This document shows, one piece after another, positions 57,525 through 64,000 of a stretch of 64,000 nucleotides of DNA (positions within the stretch are counted from its first letter, which is position 1; every line of letters starts with the position of its first letter). The stretch comes from Deltaproteobacteria bacterium. GTDB lineage: Bacteria > Myxococcota > Kuafuiibacteriia > Kuafuiibacteriales > Kuafuiibacteriaceae. Where the stretch lies: assembly GCA_040218735.1 (NCBI GenBank), contig JAVJQW010000043.1, forward strand, positions 368,780 through 432,779, read 5' to 3'. The position numbers and the translations under genes are program-made. Below the pieces are notes generated by a model. It did no database searches and was not told the DNA's origin. It saw nothing but the letters and a program-made list of their open reading frames with translations.

Positions 57525-58788
57525 GCCCGTCGAGGGCGCCGTCGCCGATGGGGTGAACGGCCAGGCGTGCCTCGGCACGCTCGTGGACCACTGGCAGGAC
57601 GCGGGCGCCGCGGTGCCGGTCGCGATCGTCGTCTCCGTCTTCGACGACGTGCTGATGGGCGCGCTCGAATCCGACGCGGAGGACGACGTCGGGCTCGACG
57701 CGATCACCGTGGACGACACCGGACACGCCTTCGTTCGACGCCCCGTCGGCCTCGACGGCGCGGGGCGACTGTTGGTCCGGGCGCTCGGTGACGACGTCCC
57801 GTCCAACGCGCAGCCCTTGGTCGCGCGCCTGATGGATGGCGAGCGTCCGATCGACGCGGAGCAGCTGCGCCAGTGGATGCGCGACGCGCTCGGCGCGCCC
57901 GCCTCACGCGAAGAGGTGCAGGCCGCGTTCGTCGCCGCCGCCTTCGATCCGCAGGAGGCCGAGACGCTGCTCCCGGCGCCGGCCCCCGCCGACACCGGCG
58001 ACGTGCCCGTCGTCGCGGAAGCGTCCGCCCACCCGGAGCCGATCGAGGAAGACGAGGCGCCCGAGCCGGTCGAGGTCGAGGCGTCCGCGCCACCCGAGCC
58101 GAGCGAGGCGGTTGCGGCGCTGGACTCGGCCGACGCGCCGGAGTCGGCCGACGCGCCGGAGTCGACCGATACGCCGATCGATACGGAGGTCGACGAGGCG
58201 CCGGCGGTCGCGGAGCCCGCGACCGAGCAGGTCTCGGCGGCGCCGCTCGCGGATCGGGTCTCGGAGCCGCCGCACACGTACGGCGAAGACGACGAGCAGG
58301 AGACGCTCCCGCCGCTGCCCGTCCCGCCGCTCGCCGAGGACGACGACATGTTCACGATCGCGGGCGAGGCGGCGCTCCCGCCCGAGCGCCCGTTCTCGGC
58401 GGACACCACGATCGACTCGAAGCCGCCCGAACCGTCGGCGCCATCGGTTGTCGTCGACGGTCCGCTGCTCGACGCCGCCGTCGCGGTGGAGGCGCTCTCC
58501 GTGATGCCGCCGTCGGACGTGGTCGAGCCGCACCCGCTCTCCGAGGCGCCGGCACCCGCCGCGCCGATCGACGAGGAGTCCAGCTCGGACGGGCGCCGCG
58601 TCGTGCGTTACGAGTACTCGCCCCCGTCGTTCGCGGTGTCCTCCGCGCCGGCCGCGCGCCGCAGCGCGCGCGCCGCCGCCGCGGGCCCGGACTCGATACT
58701 CGTCCCGAACGATCGCAAGAGCGGCATCGCGTGGCTGCTCGTGCTCGGCGCCGTCGGCGCCGTCGTCTACTTCCTGTTCTTCAGCTGA
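57487..58788 (+). CDS. acidic Pro/Glu-rich protein with C-terminal TM anchor
   Basis: Long low-complexity acidic linker; terminal hydrophobic helix; start uncertain. Confidence 0.6.
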   Translation: MEAATSQRPQEAEPVEGAVADGVNGQACLGTLVDHWQDAGAAVPVAIVVSVFDDVLMGALESDAEDDVGLDAITVDDTGHAFVRRPVGLDGAGRLLVRALGDDVPSNAQPLVARLMDGERPIDAEQLRQWMRDALGAPASREEVQAAFVAAAFDPQEAETLLPAPAPADTGDVPVVAEASAHPEPIEEDEAPEPVEVEASAPPEPSEAVAALDSADAPESADAPESTDTPIDTEVDEAPAVAEPATEQVSAAPLADRVSEPPHTYGEDDEQETLPPLPVPPLAEDDDMFTIAGEAALPPERPFSADTTIDSKPPEPSAPSVVVDGPLLDAAVAVEALSVMPPSDVVEPHPLSEAPAPAAPIDEESSSDGRRVVRYEYSPPSFAVSSAPAARRSARAAAAGPDSILVPNDRKSGIAWLLVLGAVGAVVYFLFFS

Positions 58789-58836
58789 GCGGGCGACCCC
58801 CTCGTCGCGCGGCGGGATGTGATAGATCCGGCCCCC

Positions 58837-60207
<1,371 letters not shown>

Positions 60208-60208
60208 G

Positions 60209-62278
60209 TCACTTCAGCGCGCGTTCGACCGCGCGCAGCAGCGGCTCCGCCTGGACCGGGTGACCCGTCGCGTTCTTCATCCACAGGTCCGGCGTGACGG
60301 ATCCGTACTTCGCCATGCGTTCGAACTCACCGCCGAGGTCGCCGGCCTTTTCGATCTGCTCTTCGATCTGGAACGCGATGAGGTGCCCGAGGGGGTAGTT
60401 CGGCAGGTAGAGCGGGTACGCGATCATGTGGGAGTAGACCGCGAGGAGCGGGGAGTCCTTCTTGCCGAGGACCGGAGCGTAGTGGCGGTTCCACAGGTCC
60501 TTCGCGATCTGCACCGTGGCCTCGCGCAGCTCGGCCGGCGTCGCGTCGGGGTGTTCGTACATCCAATGCCACACCGCGGTGTCGACGAGCGCGACACCCG
60601 CGATCTCCCACGTGGACCAGAACGCCGAGAGCGCGCGCATCTTCTCCGCTTCGGCGTCGTCGACGTCGAGTCCGAGGAGCTCGAGGTCGCGGTTCTGGAA
60701 GACAAACGCGAGCGCTTCCGTGAACGCGTTGTTCGGGACGCCGCTCAGCAACGTGTGGTCGACGTCGTAGAGCGAGAACACCTGCTCGACGTTGTGGCCG
60801 AGCTCGTGGATCGCGATGTTGTACCCCTTGTAGTCCATCCCGTCGGGGCCGATGCGTGTCCTCAGCCGCGGTTTGTCCTGGCGCCGCAGCGCGGGCATCG
60901 CGTGGCCGGCGCCGCGTGATGCATCGACGACGATTCGATCCGCAAGGTAGCTTGCACGCGGCGCCTTGAACCCGAGCCCGGTGAGGATGTCGACGAGGTC
61001 GTTCTGGAACGCCGCGGCGTTCGGGTACTTCGCCTTCGTCATCGCGTCGAGCTTCGCCGGGTCGATCGACGCGCGCGCTTTGAAGCCGTCGTACCAGAGG
61101 TCCTGCGGCTCGAGCGGGCGGCCGAGGCGTTCTTCGATGCGCGCGGCGACCTGCTTCACGAGCGGCGAGGTGAGCACCGCCTCGAACAGCGCCTTCACGC
61201 GCGCCTCCGGGATCTCGCGGCCCTCTTCGAACGCGCGTCGGATCGCGGTCGGCGCGGTGGGGGCGTAGCGGTCGGCGCGCCGTCGCGACTCGAAGGCGGC
61301 GAGGAGGCGTTGGTACCGGACGTCGGGCTCCGGCGTCGGGTCGGCCTCGGCGCGCCCGGCGGGTGCGTCCGCCTCGACGCTGTCCTTCGGCGCCACGGTG
61401 ACCTGGTTCGCGAACGGGTCGTAGTCGACGTGGGGGTTGTCGATGACCACCGCAGGGATCGACTGCGTCACGATGCGCTCCATCAGCTTCACGATGGTGC
61501 GCTGCTTCGCGAGCCCGTGCTCGGCGTCGGCGTACCCGGACTTGAGCTCGTCGCGTAGGTTCCAGTGACTGATGAGCCGCTGTCCGGAGGGGAACCTCCG
61601 CGCGCCGTCCTTCGTGAGGACGTGGTGCATCCAGAGGTTGTATTGCGAGATGTAGAGATCGTTTTCGGCGTCCACCGCCGCGACGTGCTGCGAGACCTCC
61701 GAAGGGACGCGCCGCGAGAAGCGCCCGGCGAGGCGGGTCTCGGCCCAGCGTCGCCGGCTCCACTCCGCGCCGTCGCGCGTGCGTTCATCGAGCGTGGACA
61801 GCGGGAAGTTCAGCAACGCGACGAACGCGACCTTCGTGCGGAACAGATCCTCCGAGAGGTGAGCGAACGGATCGATCTGAGCCAGCAGGCGGTCGACGGG
61901 GAGCAGCGGACCGACGTCGAGGTCGGTCGGCCGTCGCACCTCGCGGTTGATCTCATAAAGGTGCCCGTCGATCTGCTCGAACGTCGCCTCCAGCCGCGCG
62001 AAGGTCTTCGTGCGCTCGGCCTCGTCCGCGATGAAGCTCGACTTCACGAACGCCGCGAGGTCCCCGTCCTCGGCGCGCCACAGCGCGGCGACCTGTTTCA
62101 CTCCGGTCCGCGCGCGCGGCCGCGCACCCTCACCGTGTTCGGTGACGAGGGCTTCGACGAGCGCCTCGGTGTCGTAGGGGGTCGGTTCCGTCGTCGTCGT
62201 CACGGGGTTGGGTTCTTTCGACGGGACGCTCTGGCACCCGAGGAGCAAGGTCAGCGTGATCGCCTCCACGTTCCGCAT
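60209..62278 (-). CDS. gluzincin-like (M3/M32-like) metallopeptidase lipoprotein
   Basis: Lipobox 'LLGC'; '[16 protein letters not shown]', 'YSH..YLPNY'. Confidence 0.7.
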   Translation of the reverse strand: MRNVEAITLTLLLGCQSVPSKEPNPVTTTTEPTPYDTEALVEALVTEHGEGARPRARTGVKQVAALWRAEDGDLAAFVKSSFIADEAERTKTFARLEATFEQIDGHLYEINREVRRPTDLDVGPLLPVDRLLAQIDPFAHLSEDLFRTKVAFVALLNFPLSTLDERTRDGAEWSRRRWAETRLAGRFSRRVPSEVSQHVAAVDAENDLYISQYNLWMHHVLTKDGARRFPSGQRLISHWNLRDELKSGYADAEHGLAKQRTIVKLMERIVTQSIPAVVIDNPHVDYDPFANQVTVAPKDSVEADAPAGRAEADPTPEPDVRYQRLLAAFESRRRADRYAPTAPTAIRRAFEEGREIPEARVKALFEAVLTSPLVKQVAARIEERLGRPLEPQDLWYDGFKARASIDPAKLDAMTKAKYPNAAAFQNDLVDILTGLGFKAPRASYLADRIVVDASRGAGHAMPALRRQDKPRLRTRIGPDGMDYKGYNIAIHELGHNVEQVFSLYDVDHTLLSGVPNNAFTEALAFVFQNRDLELLGLDVDDAEAEKMRALSAFWSTWEIAGVALVDTAVWHWMYEHPDATPAELREATVQIAKDLWNRHYAPVLGKKDSPLLAVYSHMIAYPLYLPNYPLGHLIAFQIEEQIEKAGDLGGEFERMAKYGSVTPDLWMKNATGHPVQAEPLLRAVERALK

Positions 62279-62396
62279 GTGGTCGCCGTTGTTCTGCGCA
62301 CGGCGGTACGAACCCATACGATCATCGACCGATCGAGGCGGGATGGAGATCGGCCGATCGAGTGTTCCGGAAGGTGAGGGGGACAGGAGTATGGTC

Positions 62397-62780
62397 ATGA
62401 CGCGCGCATTCAACCCCTGGGACCCCAACGCGGTGGCCGCGGAATCCAACCCCGTCTCCGACCTGGTCGAGCAGACCCGCGCGGAGCTCGCGCGCCCCGG
62501 CGCTCGCGTCGAGGACGTGAAGCGGCGCTACTACGAGGCCGTCGCGCGCGGCGCCACGCAGCTCGACCCGCCGATGACCCTCGACGCCGCCGTCGCGGCG
62601 CTCGAGACCCCCGACGCCGACGTCAACGACTACGACGACGGCCCGTTCGCCGAGGGCCCCAAGGTCTCGCCGTTCATGCGGCGCCCGCGCCCGCGCGTGC
62701 GACGCCCGCGCGCCGGCTCCGTGCCGTCGCAGCGCGGCGTCGGTGACACGCTCCGCCGCCTCTTCGGTCGCGAGGGTTAG
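62397..62780 (+). CDS. hypothetical protein
   Basis: SD AGGAG 7 nt before the ATG. Confidence 0.55.
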   Translation: MTRAFNPWDPNAVAAESNPVSDLVEQTRAELARPGARVEDVKRRYYEAVARGATQLDPPMTLDAAVAALETPDADVNDYDDGPFAEGPKVSPFMRRPRPRVRRPRAGSVPSQRGVGDTLRRLFGREG

Positions 62781-62986
62781 AGGCTATGCCGTTCAACTAA
62801 GCGGACGGGCCTGCCTCGAGCCCCCCTTTCAGGCGGCGAGGGGCACCTCGAGGTAGGGCTACGCGCCGGCGCCACGGAGCGACGCGTCCCTCGTCCGCCG
62901 TTTCGCCGCGCTGGTGAAGGCGGGGGGCCGCGGAGCGCAGTGCTTCGAAGGAGGGCCGCGCTCTCGAACACCGGCTGGTATCGCTC

Positions 62987-63206
62987 TCACGAACTGCCCT
63001 CCGCGCGTGACGGCGGCGTCGGATGCGGGTCACGCCGAGGACGCTCGGGACACGCGCCTTGCCTGGGCTGGGTAGCGCGGCGCGCGTGAATCCTCCGATC
63101 GATGAGGGCGCGACCCAGCACCTCCCGCGCCGCGTGAAGGTTGTGCGCGCGACACAGCAAGCGCAGCTCCCCGACCCACGCTCTTGGCGCCCAGCGCGCG
63201 CCCGCC
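62987..63206 (-). pseudogene. 3' remnant of an HNH endonuclease gene, truncated by IS21 and frameshifted
   Basis: 'RALGAKSV' then +1 frameshift then 'VGELRLLCRAHNLHAAREVLG', matching the HNH C-terminal half. Confidence 0.65.
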
Positions 63207-64000
63207 TGTGAGTTCCGGAAACTCTGGCCGGTCGCGTTCCGGAAATTCTGGCCGATCGGAGGCCGAGGCTTCCGGGGGTAAACCTGACGTCCCTGTCGCT
63301 GCGAAGCGCCGAGGGCGAGCGAAGGATGCACGGCCAGATGAAGAGACATGAGGTCCAACTGCTCCGTTCAGCGGGGCACAAGCAGCGAGAGGTCGCGGAG
63401 ATCACGGGTGTGTCGGAGCGCTCGGTTCGTCGGATCGAAGGCGAGGAGCCGGTCGATGGCTTCGACAACGCCAGCGCGGTTCGGAAGCGTGGCGTTGGGC
63501 GTCCTTCGAAGGTCTCGACGTTCGAGGGGCCGGTCGCAGCGTGGCTGGAGAAGGACCCCGACGTGATGACGTTGGAGCTCCTGAGGCGCGCACGTGAGGA
63601 CGGGTACGCGGGCGGCAAGAGCGCGTTCTTCGCGCTCGTGAAGCGCCTACGTCCGAAGCCTCGGCGCCCGATCGTTCGTTTCGAAGGACTGCCTGGGGAG
63701 TTCGCGCAGCACGACTTCGGCGAGGTCGACGTCCGCTTCCTCGACGGCACGACGAGTCGGATCCACTTCTTCGCATCGAGGTTGAAGTGGTCGCGGTGGG
63801 TCGGCGTCACGCGCGTCGCCGACCAGCGTGTGGAGTCGCTGCTCCGATCGCTCGTCGAACACTACGCCGGGATGGGCGGCGTGCCTCTGTTGTCCGTCTT
63901 CGATCGCCCCAAGACGGTCGCGATCGAGTGGAAGAAGGACGGCACCGTCACCAAGTACAACCAGACGTTCATCGAGGTCATGGGGCAGCTCGGCGTTGGC
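63207..64000 (+). mobile_element. IS21-family insertion sequence (left end, truncated by the window)
   Basis: Starts 5'-TG; end region carries the 19-bp repeat gttccggaaa(c/t)tctggccg twice; istA follows. Confidence 0.88.
63326..64000 (+). CDS. istA: IS21 transposase IstA (3' partial)
   Basis: My translation: 'MHGQMKRHEV..EVAEITGVSERSVRRI' HTH, 'GYAGG', 'RFEGLPGEFAQHDFG', 'SRLKWSR', 'GGVP..FDRPKTV'. Confidence 0.92.
   Translation, partial: MHGQMKRHEVQLLRSAGHKQREVAEITGVSERSVRRIEGEEPVDGFDNASAVRKRGVGRPSKVSTFEGPVAAWLEKDPDVMTLELLRRAREDGYAGGKSAFFALVKRLRPKPRRPIVRFEGLPGEFAQHDFGEVDVRFLDGTTSRIHFFASRLKWSRWVGVTRVADQRVESLLRSLVEHYAGMGGVPLLSVFDRPKTVAIEWKKDGTVTKYNQTFIEVMGQLGVG

Noticed and set aside
62797-63810. 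337-aa minus-strand ORF
   Set aside because: Antisense to istA and spans the IS boundary; not a coherent gene

Overview
GC-rich (~70%) bacterial chromosome segment, most likely from a Myxococcota/deltaproteobacterial genome. This is inferred from the FHA-sigma54 activator, PilZ, PEGA, DUF4388-like, Cys-rich lipoprotein and Ser/Thr kinase genes and three tandem parvulins. It holds about 55 densely packed genes. Housekeeping genes include fabH, rlmH, comF-like, rqcH/NFACT, dedA, surA-like PPIases, an IMPase/hisN-like gene, an M20 peptidase and two acyl-CoA dehydrogenases. There are also signalling modules, many secreted or lipoprotein orphans, a ~2 kb lower-GC insert, and at the right edge an IS21 element inserted into a decayed HNH gene. 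I see no rRNA, tRNA or CRISPR array. The most notable observations are: (i) a shared sigma28-geometry motif ACGCAAC-N16-CCGATAAGG before two unlinked orphan genes; (ii) a ~1030-aa protein with a divergent SAH-hydrolase-like core; (iii) a peptidoglycan-binding protein with annexin-like repeats; (iv) an 87-aa KKKAT-repeat histone-H1-like protein under a consensus sigma70 promoter; (v) a DUF4331/TPR/lipoprotein cluster with ECF-type promoter motifs; (vi) a 38-bp triplication of the junction carrying the stop codons of two convergent genes; and (vii) many genes with a TANNNT box 6-12 nt before the start and no SD. All calls come from reading motifs by eye, with no database searches. No single complete new system can be demonstrated from the sequence alone.
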